Below are positions 51,166 to 61,850 of a stretch of 64,000 bases of DNA, piece by piece (positions within the stretch are counted from its first letter, which is position 1; every line of letters begins with the position of its first letter). A program made the position numbers and the translations under genes. Source of the DNA: Spirochaetota bacterium (GTDB lineage: Bacteria > Spirochaetota > UBA4802 > UBA5550); contig CAXXHB010000003.1 of NCBI GenBank assembly GCA_963664815.2, positions 2,464,001 to 2,528,000 on the forward strand, given 5' to 3'. A model generated the notes under the pieces. The model had not been told where the DNA came from and searched no databases. It saw only the letters and a list, made by a program, of their open reading frames with translations.

Positions 51166-51693
51166 ATGAAAATGATTAAAAAAATAATACTTCTGTTCGT
51201 TCTGATCCTGACAATTATCGCCCCGCTGTCACCATCAGAATTTGAACAGCTATGGGGTATGTCTAAATCTGATTTAATTGCCAGGTTTAAGCTTAAAGAT
51301 TATTCAACATTCAAACCCGAGGATCATCCTGAATATAACAACAGGATTATCAAATTTTTCAATTCGATGAATTCTGACGGCAAAACTGCCATCACAATTC
51401 TCAGAATAGATGGAAAACCTGAGACGGACTACTGTTTTTTTAACGAGAAGCTCTATTCAGTTTCTGAAGAGTGGGGAAATGTTGAAAAGGGAAGAGCAAA
51501 CGACCTGCTTAAATCCATTGAATGCAGTTATTCATCAATATCCACTGAAAAAAAGAATCCGGATATTATTTATAGCTTTAAAAAAAATAAAACCAAAGTA
51601 CTTCTTTATACAAAATTTATCGATGATAAATCTGTAAGACTAAAAGTATTCTACTACTCAACCGATCTTTTCAGCATGATGCTCTTCGAATAA
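51166..51693 (+). CDS. Hypothetical secreted protein
   Basis: Signal peptide and WGMS motif; no family recognised. Confidence 0.7.
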   Translation: MKMIKKIILLFVLILTIIAPLSPSEFEQLWGMSKSDLIARFKLKDYSTFKPEDHPEYNNRIIKFFNSMNSDGKTAITILRIDGKPETDYCFFNEKLYSVSEEWGNVEKGRANDLLKSIECSYSSISTEKKNPDIIYSFKKNKTKVLLYTKFIDDKSVRLKVFYYSTDLFSMMLFE

Positions 51694-51726
51694 AATTTTA
51701 ATTTTAAAAAAAGTTTCCATTAATGC

Positions 51727-51755
51727 TTGACAGTTTTTTTGTACCGAAACATATT
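51727..51755 (+). promoter_or_regulatory. Putative sigma70 promoter of rpsT-hup-tRNA
   Basis: TTGACA-17 nt-CATATT. Confidence 0.5.
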
Positions 51756-51804
51756 TGCCACCGTACTTAAAAACGAATTTATCCATGAAGTGAAGGTATT
51801 TGAG

Positions 51805-52098
51805 TTGGCTAATATAAAACAACAGAAAAAAAGAGACATTCAAAACGAAAAAAGAAGAGTAAAAAATTCTCAGGTTAAATCTTCTATCAGAACAGCAGCT
51901 AAAAAAGTTGTCAGGGTAACAGATGTTAAAGATAATAAAGATACAGCTGTTATCGAAGAAACATACAAATCTTTTATCAAAATGATAGATACGGCAGCAA
52001 GCAAGGGGATTATTAAAAAATCAACCGCAGCAAGAAAAAAATCAAGGTTAGCGAGAAAGGTTAATTCAGCTGTAACATCACTTAATAAAACTGCTTAA
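51805..52098 (+). CDS. rpsT: 30S ribosomal protein S20
   Basis: TTG start, (M)ANIKQQKKR...KSSIRT...KGIIKKSTAARKKSRL. Confidence 0.94.
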   Translation: MANIKQQKKRDIQNEKRRVKNSQVKSSIRTAAKKVVRVTDVKDNKDTAVIEETYKSFIKMIDTAASKGIIKKSTAARKKSRLARKVNSAVTSLNKTA

Positions 52099-52107
52099 GG
52101 ATTTTTT

Positions 52108-52380
52108 TTGAATAAAACTGATATCATTGAACTGATTAGTATCAGGACAGGATTTACAAAAAAAAAAGTTGAGATAATAGTTAACTTTTTTATAGACAAA
52201 ATTACAGATGAAGTCCAGAGTGGACATGATGTTGAGATTAGGGGATTCGGAACCTTTTATCAGACAACTCAGGAGAAAAGAAAGATAAAATCTCCAATTG
52301 CGGGTAAAACAATTGATGTTCCTGCAAAAAAGAAAATAGGCTTTAAAGCAAGCAAGATTACTGAAAAAGAGATAGAATAA
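52108..52380 (+). CDS. hup: HU/IHF DNA-binding protein
   Basis: NKTDII, VEIRGFGTF, VPAK...FKAS. Confidence 0.9.
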   Translation: MNKTDIIELISIRTGFTKKKVEIIVNFFIDKITDEVQSGHDVEIRGFGTFYQTTQEKRKIKSPIAGKTIDVPAKKKIGFKASKITEKEIE

Positions 52381-52453
52381 GGGCGCTTAGCTCAGCTGGG
52401 AGAGCATCTGCCTTACAAGCAGAGGGTCGCAGGTTCGATCCCTGCAGCGCCCA
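52381..52453 (+). tRNA. tRNA-Val (anticodon TAC)
   Basis: GGGCGCT/AGCGCCC acceptor stem, TAGCTCAG D-arm, TTACAA anticodon loop, GGTTCGATCCC T-arm; CCA not encoded. Confidence 0.96.
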
Positions 52454-52455
52454 AT

Positions 52456-52486
52456 AAAAACTCCTGATCATATCAGGAGTTTTTTT
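52456..52486 (+). terminator. Rho-independent terminator
   Basis: AAAAACTCCTGAT / ATCAGGAGTTTTTTT. Confidence 0.85.
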
Positions 52487-52707
52487 ATTTATCCATATAA
52501 CAGCTAAAACATTTCGAAAGACCGGTATATATAACAATTACGGTTTAAACTCATGGATGAACCGAGAAGGCTCCAAAGTTGCATAGATACATTTGCCTGG
52601 TTATTTCAGTATTACCGGTACATTTAAATCTTTAGAACCATCCTGAACAGGTCTGTATTTATCCTGCAGACCTGTCTATGTTTCAGGTGATATCTTATAA
52701 TGGTTAA

Positions 52708-53652
52708 TCATCCGGCTGCATCAACCTTTCCCGGTATATACCTTCCGTAATGATCTCGCTTTGCCGTACCCTTTGTCTCTTTCTGCTCACTTTCAATTCC
52801 CAGGCTGAAGAAACCCGTTCTTGCTATAGTTTCTCCGGCAATCACAAGAAACGCAGATAAATAGATACATATTTCGGCACTATCTTCAGAAAATAACCTT
52901 GATGCGGCAAACATCATTACCGCACCGGCCAGCGAAACTGCAAGCCCGGTAAAGTTCAATTTTTTAAACAACGCGCCCCATCTGCTGCCGAACGATGATG
53001 CCGCCGCAAAACTGTCGATATTCCATTCATCGGGATCATCTTTCAATTCCGGCATCAATATAATAAACTGAACCATTTTAAAAATCACAACTATGGCGAG
53101 TATAATACCTGCCGTATTTATAAAACTGGCCGCTACCGGTATATCTTTACAATACATTGTCAATAAAACGGATGTTGTTACACACCCGAATACCACTATA
53201 CTTAATAAAAAACCGGTATATGTATTAATACTGCACCACCCCGTTTTACCTGTTGAATAGTAGATACCTGCCATACTGATTACTGCTGCAACCCCGGCGA
53301 TCGCTGTGAGCGATATCACAATATTCCCATTTGTCCCTTTCAGGTATATATACAGGTAAACAAACCATAATGCGAGAAAAGCCCCTGTAAAAAATATCTC
53401 CCTGCTTAGCCATGATGACCACATATTAGTCACTGCCCTGTAGGCCCTGAACGGATTTCCGAGATGAAAAAGTGACACCGCCATGCTTAGCATTATAACA
53501 GGCCCTGTAACCATCATCCCAGCTGCCGATGCATAATCACCCTTTCCCGGTACTGCCTGTATAATACGGATCAGCGCCGAGGCGATAAATATTCCGGCGG
53601 CGCACTGCACCAGCAGGCTGTTTATGATCAGTGATAACTCTTTTCGTAACAT
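52708..53652 (-). CDS. dmsC: DmsC-like membrane anchor subunit
   Basis: SLFHLGNPFRA, SSWLSRE, about 8 TM helices, GETIARTGFF. Confidence 0.88.
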   Translation of the reverse strand: MLRKELSLIINSLLVQCAAGIFIASALIRIIQAVPGKGDYASAAGMMVTGPVIMLSMAVSLFHLGNPFRAYRAVTNMWSSWLSREIFFTGAFLALWFVYLYIYLKGTNGNIVISLTAIAGVAAVISMAGIYYSTGKTGWCSINTYTGFLLSIVVFGCVTTSVLLTMYCKDIPVAASFINTAGIILAIVVIFKMVQFIILMPELKDDPDEWNIDSFAAASSFGSRWGALFKKLNFTGLAVSLAGAVMMFAASRLFSEDSAEICIYLSAFLVIAGETIARTGFFSLGIESEQKETKGTAKRDHYGRYIPGKVDAAG

Positions 53653-53692
53653 ATTTAAAAACACCTCCGATAATTGAACTGTTATGTACCTG

Positions 53693-54319
53693 CTATTCCA
53701 GGAAATAGACCGATGGTCTGGTCCCTTTGTCTTTCAGCAGCTGCGTATATTTCCGCGTTTTAAGAATCTGCGATACTTCGCTTTCAGGATCTTCAGCGTC
53801 TCCAAAAAAACGCGCCTTTGCCGGGCAGACCTCGACACAGTTCGGCTGCATACCTTTGTCTAAACGATGGTAGCAGAAGTTGCACTTCGACACTGTACCC
53901 TTCTGCTGAGATACCACCAGTTTGTCTCCAACCGGGAAATCGAGATAATACTCAGGGCTGTTTTCATTGTATGTCCTGACGCTGTCATACGGGCATGCCA
54001 TTATGCACAGGCGGCATCCGAGGCATTTGTTATAATCCTGCATAACAACACCATCTTCACGCCTGTAAGTAGCCTCCGCCGGGCATGCTTTCACACATGC
54101 GGGTTTTTCGCAGTGCTGGCAGGCCAGTGTAAGGTACTGCTTCTTCAGATAGGGATATTTTCCGTACGGAGTATCCATCTCTCTGCCGCCATATGTCAGC
54201 GCTCTGTTCCACCACACTTCATTGGGAAGGTTATTCCCCGATTTGCATGCGATGGCGCATGTATGACAACCTATACAGCGTTTAATATCAACCAACATTA
54301 CATATCTTTTTTCTGCCAT
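53693..54319 (-). CDS. dmsB: DmsB-like 4Fe-4S subunit
   Basis: Four Cys clusters: CIGCHTC, CQHC..PAC, CLGCRLC, KCNFC. Confidence 0.92.
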   Translation of the reverse strand: MAEKRYVMLVDIKRCIGCHTCAIACKSGNNLPNEVWWNRALTYGGREMDTPYGKYPYLKKQYLTLACQHCEKPACVKACPAEATYRREDGVVMQDYNKCLGCRLCIMACPYDSVRTYNENSPEYYLDFPVGDKLVVSQQKGTVSKCNFCYHRLDKGMQPNCVEVCPAKARFFGDAEDPESEVSQILKTRKYTQLLKDKGTRPSVYFLE

Positions 54320-54399
54320 CTGGTTACCTCATTTTTCCGCTTCATTCGACAGGCCTTCAAGCCTTAAACGATTGCTTAACATAGTATCACCCACCTTTA

Positions 54400-56733
54400 C
54401 TAAACCCTGCGGACTTCACAGAGCACATCGTAGAAACTCTGATTGTAGCTTGACGTATTCAGATGGTCGTTTGTAAGTTCCTGGTATGATCCTGCCATGA
54501 ACTGGTTCCGGTGCCATCCCTTCGGCACGCTTACCATCCCGGGGCGCTGCTCCTCACTCAGCACAGCCTTCAGCACCACATGACCCCGGTCATTGAGTAT
54601 CTCGACCACGTCACCGGTACTTATCCCCCTCTTCCCCGCATCTTCAGGATGAATCTTCACAAGCGGTTCAGAATCGAGCTCCCTGAGCCACGGAGTGTTA
54701 TGCCACTGGCTGTGGAGGCGCCACCTCTGGCGCACGGTATGATATATCAGCGGGTATTTTTTCATTAAAGGATTATCAGGCCATGCCTCGGTCGGGGGCG
54801 TAAATATAGGCAGGTGTTCTCTGCTTTTGTCTATTTCTACGCCACAGTCTATCCGCGGCCTGGGATCCTCAAGATAGAACTCAAGCCTTCCGGACGGTGT
54901 AGGGTATTTATTGCCTGCCCAGTTTATCCAGCACGTCGGGAGAGTCTGTATCACCTTTTTCTCCCTGAGATTTTCCCATGTAAGTCCGGAAGCCCTTGCC
55001 AGGTCGGTATTGATCAGCAACTGCACAAACTCTTCATCGGTATTTTTATAGTATTCCCCTATTCCCATACCATCCGCAATCAGGCGATAGATATCTGTCG
55101 TCGATTTTGATTCATATGCCGGTTCAAATACTTTTTCACATATCGTCGTATGCGGCTGGTCAGGTCCCTGCGTCAGATCGAGTCTTTCGAACCAGTGTGC
55201 TGCCGGCAGCACCAGGTCTGCGTAGTTTGTCGTGTCAGTCTCAACCATATCTACGGCGACTATGAATTCTATCGCGGGAAAGATAGTGTTTATTGTTTCG
55301 TTCTGGTTTGTCGCGTTACATACCACGTTGCTTGCGAAGATAAACATCGCCTTTATCGGGTGGTCTTTTCCTTTAAACTTTCCGGTTTTAAGAACCTCTT
55401 TCAGATATACCCACGGAACAACCGGTGAATTCATCCCCTTCGGGAAGAAATACGGTATCAGATTCAGATTGTATCCGGATAAACCGCAATGTCCGATTGA
55501 TGCCCCTTTTTTTGCTATGTTCCCTGTCAGTGAAGCCAGTATTCCCCAGGCATGACCTGTCTGCAGTCCGTTATCATACTGAATAAATCCGCAATAGATA
55601 CTTGATGGTTTATTTTCCGCGTAAAGTCTGGCCACTTCGCGTATTACTTCAGGTTCTACCTCGCATATTCCGGATACTTTTTCAGGTGGATATTTCTCCA
55701 TCTCTGCGGCAAGAAGGGTGTATGCGGTTGATACTTTAAAACTGCCGACTTTAAACGTCCCCTCAAGGGCCGGTTTCTGTACCTGATCAGGCGGTTTTCC
55801 TTCATTCGTTGCCGTATCCCATACTATATACGGATCAGGTACAGCAGGAGTTTCAGGGTTTATTCCGGTCAGATCACTCTGCCGCAGGAATTTTTGTGTA
55901 TCTTCACGGACAAGAAACGGTGCCACGGTATTTTTCAGCATAAATTCTTCATCATACAGCTTCTCCGAAATTATCACGTGAGCCATAGACATCGCCAGTG
56001 CCGGGTCTGCTCCAGGCCTGATCGATATCCACCTGTCAGCCTTCGATGCCGCGGTAGTAAATCTTGGATCAATCACTATAACTTTCGCTCCCGCCTCCTG
56101 TGCGTCAGCTATGAATCTCCAGTCGTGAGGATGTGAGTCCGTTATATTCGCGGCCCATACAATGATTGTTTTGGCGTTCGCAAGGTCAGCAGGATCGTTT
56201 CTCTGGTTGAACGAACTGCCATTTCCCAGCACCCTGCCAAGACCGAATGTATCTGACATGTCAAGCGAGTGTTCTGTTTCAGTAGCACCAAGCAGGTTCG
56301 CGAATCTTTTCAGCCCGTAAACACCCTGTATAAAACCTGTATCGCCGCTTACCGTCGAAAATGCGATCGACTGCTTTCCGAACTCCTGCTGATATGCATT
56401 GAACTTTGTTGTGATCATATCGATCGCTTCATCCCACGAAATACGCTCCCACCGCCCCTCACCGCGTTCGCCCACGCGTTTCATCGGGTATTTAAGCCGG
56501 TTCGGGTCATACAGCCTCTGTATCTGGCTCAGGCCGCGCAGGCATACCCTGTTGTATCTCGGATCAGGAAACGGCGCCATTGATGTTTTTACTGCTTTCC
56601 CGTCCCTTACGTGAACATAAAGCCTGCATCGACTCTGACAGTTACCGACGCACATGCAGCTAAAAATCTGTTCATGCTGTTCCGCTGAATCATCTTCCGC
56701 GGTTTCAGAACCGGTCATCTGATGTTTTGCCAT
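54400..56733 (-). CDS. Molybdopterin (bis-MGD) oxidoreductase catalytic subunit, DmsA-like
   Basis: CVGNCQSRC..CLRG, RLKYPMKR, ISWDEA, IRPGAD, ADLVLPA, HSQ and a C-terminal molydopterin-binding domain. Confidence 0.92.
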   Translation of the reverse strand: MAKHQMTGSETAEDDSAEQHEQIFSCMCVGNCQSRCRLYVHVRDGKAVKTSMAPFPDPRYNRVCLRGLSQIQRLYDPNRLKYPMKRVGERGEGRWERISWDEAIDMITTKFNAYQQEFGKQSIAFSTVSGDTGFIQGVYGLKRFANLLGATETEHSLDMSDTFGLGRVLGNGSSFNQRNDPADLANAKTIIVWAANITDSHPHDWRFIADAQEAGAKVIVIDPRFTTAASKADRWISIRPGADPALAMSMAHVIISEKLYDEEFMLKNTVAPFLVREDTQKFLRQSDLTGINPETPAVPDPYIVWDTATNEGKPPDQVQKPALEGTFKVGSFKVSTAYTLLAAEMEKYPPEKVSGICEVEPEVIREVARLYAENKPSSIYCGFIQYDNGLQTGHAWGILASLTGNIAKKGASIGHCGLSGYNLNLIPYFFPKGMNSPVVPWVYLKEVLKTGKFKGKDHPIKAMFIFASNVVCNATNQNETINTIFPAIEFIVAVDMVETDTTNYADLVLPAAHWFERLDLTQGPDQPHTTICEKVFEPAYESKSTTDIYRLIADGMGIGEYYKNTDEEFVQLLINTDLARASGLTWENLREKKVIQTLPTCWINWAGNKYPTPSGRLEFYLEDPRPRIDCGVEIDKSREHLPIFTPPTEAWPDNPLMKKYPLIYHTVRQRWRLHSQWHNTPWLRELDSEPLVKIHPEDAGKRGISTGDVVEILNDRGHVVLKAVLSEEQRPGMVSVPKGWHRNQFMAGSYQELTNDHLNTSSYNQSFYDVLCEVRRV

Positions 56734-56791
56734 AAATAATTACCTCCACTAATGCTCTTCCTGGCATATTGCTTAAAAATAAAGTTAAATG

Positions 56792-56807
56792 AACCAACCA
56801 GTTGGTC
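56792..56807. promoter_or_regulatory. TetR operator candidate upstream of the dmsA-like gene
   Basis: AACCAACCAGTTGGTC, palindromic core ACCAAC-NN-GTTGGT; identical copy at 57454. Confidence 0.75.
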
Positions 56808-56854
56808 TATTTTAATATAAATAAAAAAACCTGATCTCATAACGGACGCAGGTT

Positions 56855-57445
56855 CTATTTCACTTTTCGTTCATCCAGTACTGTTTTCATAAATTGTGTG
56901 CAATCCTTCAACGGCCTGGTGTTACCTGATATTTTTGAGAGCAGCACTCCCCCTTCTATCGAAGCGAGTATCATTCTTGCCAGAACAACCGCCGGTTCCT
57001 TTAATTTATACTCGCCGTCATTCTCCGCCTGAGTCAGAAGTGTTACGAATCTCTTCTCCCACCGTTTGAAAACACCCTCGATAAATTTTGAAACATCCGA
57101 ACCGTCACGTCCAACCTCAAGCGCCATGTTTCCGAAAAGGCACCCTCTTGAGATATCACCATTGACATGATAACCGGTTATCGCATCGATCATATCGTCA
57201 ATCTGATCAGATGCCGCAGAATGTTTTACACCCGATCTGATTTTTTCTTCATAACTCTCAAGTGATCCGTTTAAAACTTCAATAATAAGAGAGTCTTTTG
57301 ATTTATAGTGGAAATAGAGACTCCCCTTTTTTATGCCTGAGTTGTCAACTATATCACTGATACTTGTGTTATTATACCCCCTTCTGTGAAAAAGTTCACG
57401 GGAGACATCAAGTATTTTTTCTTTTGTTTCTTCGCCTTTCTGCAT
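56855..57445 (-). CDS. TetR/AcrR (NemR-like) regulator
   Basis: HTH with GSLYFHYKSKD; GCLFGN. Confidence 0.92.
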   Translation of the reverse strand: MQKGEETKEKILDVSRELFHRRGYNNTSISDIVDNSGIKKGSLYFHYKSKDSLIIEVLNGSLESYEEKIRSGVKHSAASDQIDDMIDAITGYHVNGDISRGCLFGNMALEVGRDGSDVSKFIEGVFKRWEKRFVTLLTQAENDGEYKLKEPAVVLARMILASIEGGVLLSKISGNTRPLKDCTQFMKTVLDERKVK

Positions 57446-57453
57446 ACTTTATA

Positions 57454-57469
57454 AACCAACCAGTTGGTC
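57454..57469. promoter_or_regulatory. TetR autoregulatory operator candidate
   Basis: Same 16-mer, 8 nt upstream of the tetR ATG and directly after a minus-strand TTGACT-17-GACAAT promoter. Confidence 0.75.
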
Positions 57470-57633
57470 AATTGTCATACTGATATAATTATAAGTCAAT
57501 CTTTTTTCAGCAAAAACATAATTCAGGAGCAATATTACATTTTTTGTTATTTTACCCAACTATCTTTTCTGATTCCTTCTACTCTTATGAATTCCTTATA
57601 TAATTATTGAAGTTAACTATTGGATCAGTACAC

Positions 57634-58130
57634 TCATTGTCGTTCCTGTAAAAAGCCTCCTGATTCCCCACCATAATTTATGTACTGTATATACTTGGTA
57701 ATGTTGTAGTTCATCCCGCATTGCAAGGCATTCGATTCAGTCTCTTCATCGACAGTTGTTTTGTGATATCCATAGGAGGATATTGAAGAGGTAAAAATAA
57801 ACCTTTTTACCTTTTTCTCTATAGACTCATTAACTACATTCCTGGTTCCGGTAACATTAACCTGGTACTGTTCCTTATTGTGTCTGGACCACATACTCGT
57901 ATTGCCGTCAACATGAAACACTGCATCTGCCTGTTTCGGCAGAGCATTGACAACAGAATTATAATCGATGATATTTCCGCTGACCATGGAGACATTATAC
58001 CGTGACAGATAATTAAGATTATCAGAAGGGAGATGCAGGGCTATTACCTCCCTTTTCTTTTTGTTAATCCATCGATTAGGTTGAGGCCAGGGAATCCGGT
58101 CGATCCCGTTACAAATGCAGTTTTGGTCAT
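57634..58130 (-). pseudogene. NAD-dependent epimerase/dehydratase pseudogene
   Basis: MTKTAFVTGSTGFPG from 58130, frameshift near 58050, then VNVTGTRNV..FTSS..YNITK and premature truncation. Confidence 0.8.
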
Positions 58131-58354
58131 GATAATACTTTATTTATAATCGTTATCAGATACTCTGATAATAGTCTGAAATCTGATTTACCTTAATATC
58201 AGAACATCTATGAAAGCTTTTCAAAATATAACATCCCCTGTAAAATATAAATGATTATTCACTTACTATAATTGCCCGTAAATTCCGGACGCCAACTATG
58301 TTTGATCGATATAACTCATGGAAAATAAAAAAGAAGAAAGAATCGATGCTGGTG

Positions 58355-59293
58355 TCATGAGCAAACCTGCTCTGCTAATATATCTGTTGACTCACTCCTC
58401 AGTACAGTAATATCTCTTATCGGTGAAACTCCGTAGAGACGGCTATATTCACGGCTGAACTGTGAAGGGCTCTCATAACCCACATGAAACGCAGCAGTGG
58501 CTGCATCAATATTTTCCGTCAGCAGCAATCTTCGCGCTTCCTGCAATCGCAATCTTTTTTGAAACTGTAACGGACTTAAAGCTGTCATTTCCCTGAAATG
58601 GTGATGAAAGGTCGATATACCCATCTCAGCCATATCTGCAAGATCCTCAATCCGTACGGGTTTTGTAAAATTGGATTTAATCCACGCAACAACCTGCGCG
58701 ACCTGCTGACTTGTGGAGCCTGAAGCTGCAAGCTGACGGAGTCTTTTCCCCTGTTCGCCCACCAGCAGTCTGTAAAATATTTCACGCTGAATAACAGGAG
58801 AAAGAACCGGGATATCCTGCTCATTGTCTAAAAGATCAATCAGACGCTGGAAGGCATTAACCAGTGGAAGAGTCAGCAGTCCTGTAGCCATGCCTCTCTC
58901 TGTTTTCTCTGATTTTGGCGGCGGAAGCTTGCTTTCAGTCATGATCTTTGTGATGTCACTATAATCAAAAGTCAACCGAAGTCCAAGATATGGAGCTTTG
59001 TTGCTTGCCTCTGTTATTTGCGCGGTTACAGGCAGAGGGAGTCCTGAAAACAGATAATAATTCGTATCATATATGAATGTATCTCTCCCTAAAAGTACAC
59101 GTTTAGCTCCCTGTGCTATCAGACAGACACTGGGTTCATACATCCCCGTCAGCGGCTCTGAGGTTTCAGTTTTACGAAACAGAGAAAGACCCTGAACAGA
59201 TGTTGTTCTCAATTCTCCATGTCCGGTTAATCGTGCAATACTTTTTGCCAGTTCATTGACCGCAGATTTTAGAGCAGTTGTGTCATTAGTCAT
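58355..59293 (-). CDS. AraC-family regulator (YqhC-like)
   Basis: YEPSVCLIAQGAK N-domain; SPLQFQKRLRL and VGYESPSQFSREY. Confidence 0.92.
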   Translation of the reverse strand: MTNDTTALKSAVNELAKSIARLTGHGELRTTSVQGLSLFRKTETSEPLTGMYEPSVCLIAQGAKRVLLGRDTFIYDTNYYLFSGLPLPVTAQITEASNKAPYLGLRLTFDYSDITKIMTESKLPPPKSEKTERGMATGLLTLPLVNAFQRLIDLLDNEQDIPVLSPVIQREIFYRLLVGEQGKRLRQLAASGSTSQQVAQVVAWIKSNFTKPVRIEDLADMAEMGISTFHHHFREMTALSPLQFQKRLRLQEARRLLLTENIDAATAAFHVGYESPSQFSREYSRLYGVSPIRDITVLRSESTDILAEQVCS

Positions 59294-59467
59294 AAAAATA
59301 CCCTCCCTGCCGCCAATTATGATATTATTATATAAAGAATGTTCCGAACTCCTGTCAAATTTTTTTATATCAAAAGAGAGAAATAGGCAATAATTATACA
59401 GGATTGGTCTACCTTCTTTTTTAATACTTTGTTATCATGAACAAAAATCCGATAAAAGGAGTATTTT

Positions 59468-59851
59468 GTGTTTACCATTAAAAATGTGACCATGAATCAG
59501 GGTCTGGATGGAAGTTTGACAATCAATGAGGTTAAGGAAATCCTTATCCATATCTATGCTTATGACGGTTTTTCCCGTTCGTTGAATGGAATTAATGCTT
59601 TTATGTCAGTTCCGGATGATCGAAAAGCGAGAGGTATAACTGATAAATCAGGACGCGGTCTGGTTCAATTCGATGGTATGCCTGTCCAGAAAATGACGCC
59701 GGGAGATGTAGTATGGATATCGGCGAATGTACGTCACTGGCACGGTGCTGCACCGGGCAGTCCTGTGTCACATATAGCAATTTCAGAATCATGGGATGAT
59801 TCTGCTGTTAAATGGATTGAGCATGTCACGGATGAACAATACAACAAATAA
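59468..59851 (+). pseudogene. Deletion hybrid of carboxymuconolactone decarboxylase-like and cupin domains
   Basis: LTINEVKEIL..YAYDGFSRSLN fragment joined directly to the cupin C-half PGDVVW..HWHGA..HIAI. Confidence 0.65.
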
Positions 59852-59861
59852 CTTATAATTA

Positions 59862-60888
<1,027 letters not shown>

Positions 60889-61115
60889 TCAAAAAAAGTG
60901 GTGTCCCACTACCCCCTTCACGGCAAACGGTGAATAAAAAACAGAAAAATCAATAAACAATCTCAATTACTGTTTAAGGTTTATTCTCATTGAAAAGTTA
61001 ATTATATATTGACGATAACATTTTTAGATATCCCTTCATTAATGGAACTGCAGTTTTTCAGGCAGCTACGTTAAGATTCCTGTAAGTTATGTGAATTGAC
61101 CTTTAAGTATATTCA

Positions 61116-61149
61116 ATTCCTCAAAGTACACACATGTACTTTGAGGAAT
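61116..61149. terminator. 15-bp stem-loop downstream of the RlmN-like fragment
   Basis: ATTCCTCAAAGTACA-caca-TGTACTTTGAGGAAT. Confidence 0.45.
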
Positions 61150-61162
61150 GTTTCCTGCAATA

Positions 61163-61681
61163 TTACTTGATTACCAACTGGCCACATGCAGCTTTTATTG
61201 ATGTTCCCAGGCTTTGCCTTATTGTAACTTTAACATTATTTTTTTCAAGCCTTTGTTTAACCTTCTTCAGGTATTCATCAGCTGCTGATTTAAACTCATT
61301 AGATTTTTCTCCATTAAATTTCAGCAAATTCATAACAACATTTTTATTTGAAAACCATTTTGAGAGATTTTCAATATCAGCTTTTCTATCATTAATACCG
61401 GGCAGCAGCAGATAAGCTACAGATATAGATTTTTTATGTCTTCTTCCATATTCCATCGCTGATGCAATGACTTCATTAATATTATACTTAGACATTCCTG
61501 GTATTAAATAATCTCTTGTTCTTTGATCTGTTGCATGTAATGAAAGAACAAGTTGTATTTTAAGATGCTCTTCCTTCAGTGATTTTAATTTATCCGCTGG
61601 ACCTACTGTTGAGATGCTGATTCCATCTGTAGGAAAGTTTAATCCATTACGATCTCTAAGAATATGAATTGATTTGATCAA
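61163..61681 (-). pseudogene. C-terminal remnant of an RlmN/Cfr-family radical SAM methyltransferase
   Basis: ISTVG, LSLHA, GIND and AACGQL present; no CxxxCxxC or MGEP upstream in frame. Confidence 0.75.
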
Positions 61682-61850
61682 TTCGGAATTGTTTGTCCAC
61701 GCATTAAAGACGGGCAGGCAGACAATTGCAGTATCAGTTTACAGGTTAAACTGCAGTATCCGGAAAAATCATTGATTACATATGACCTTCCCGCTATCTT
61801 TCAGTCACCTATCTTTGTACGGGCAAAGATAAGGGCAAATACTCTCCCGC

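Noticed and set aside
51727-51804. N-terminal extension of rpsT
   Set aside because: The TTG is part of the TTGACA -35 box; S20 starts at TTG 51805.
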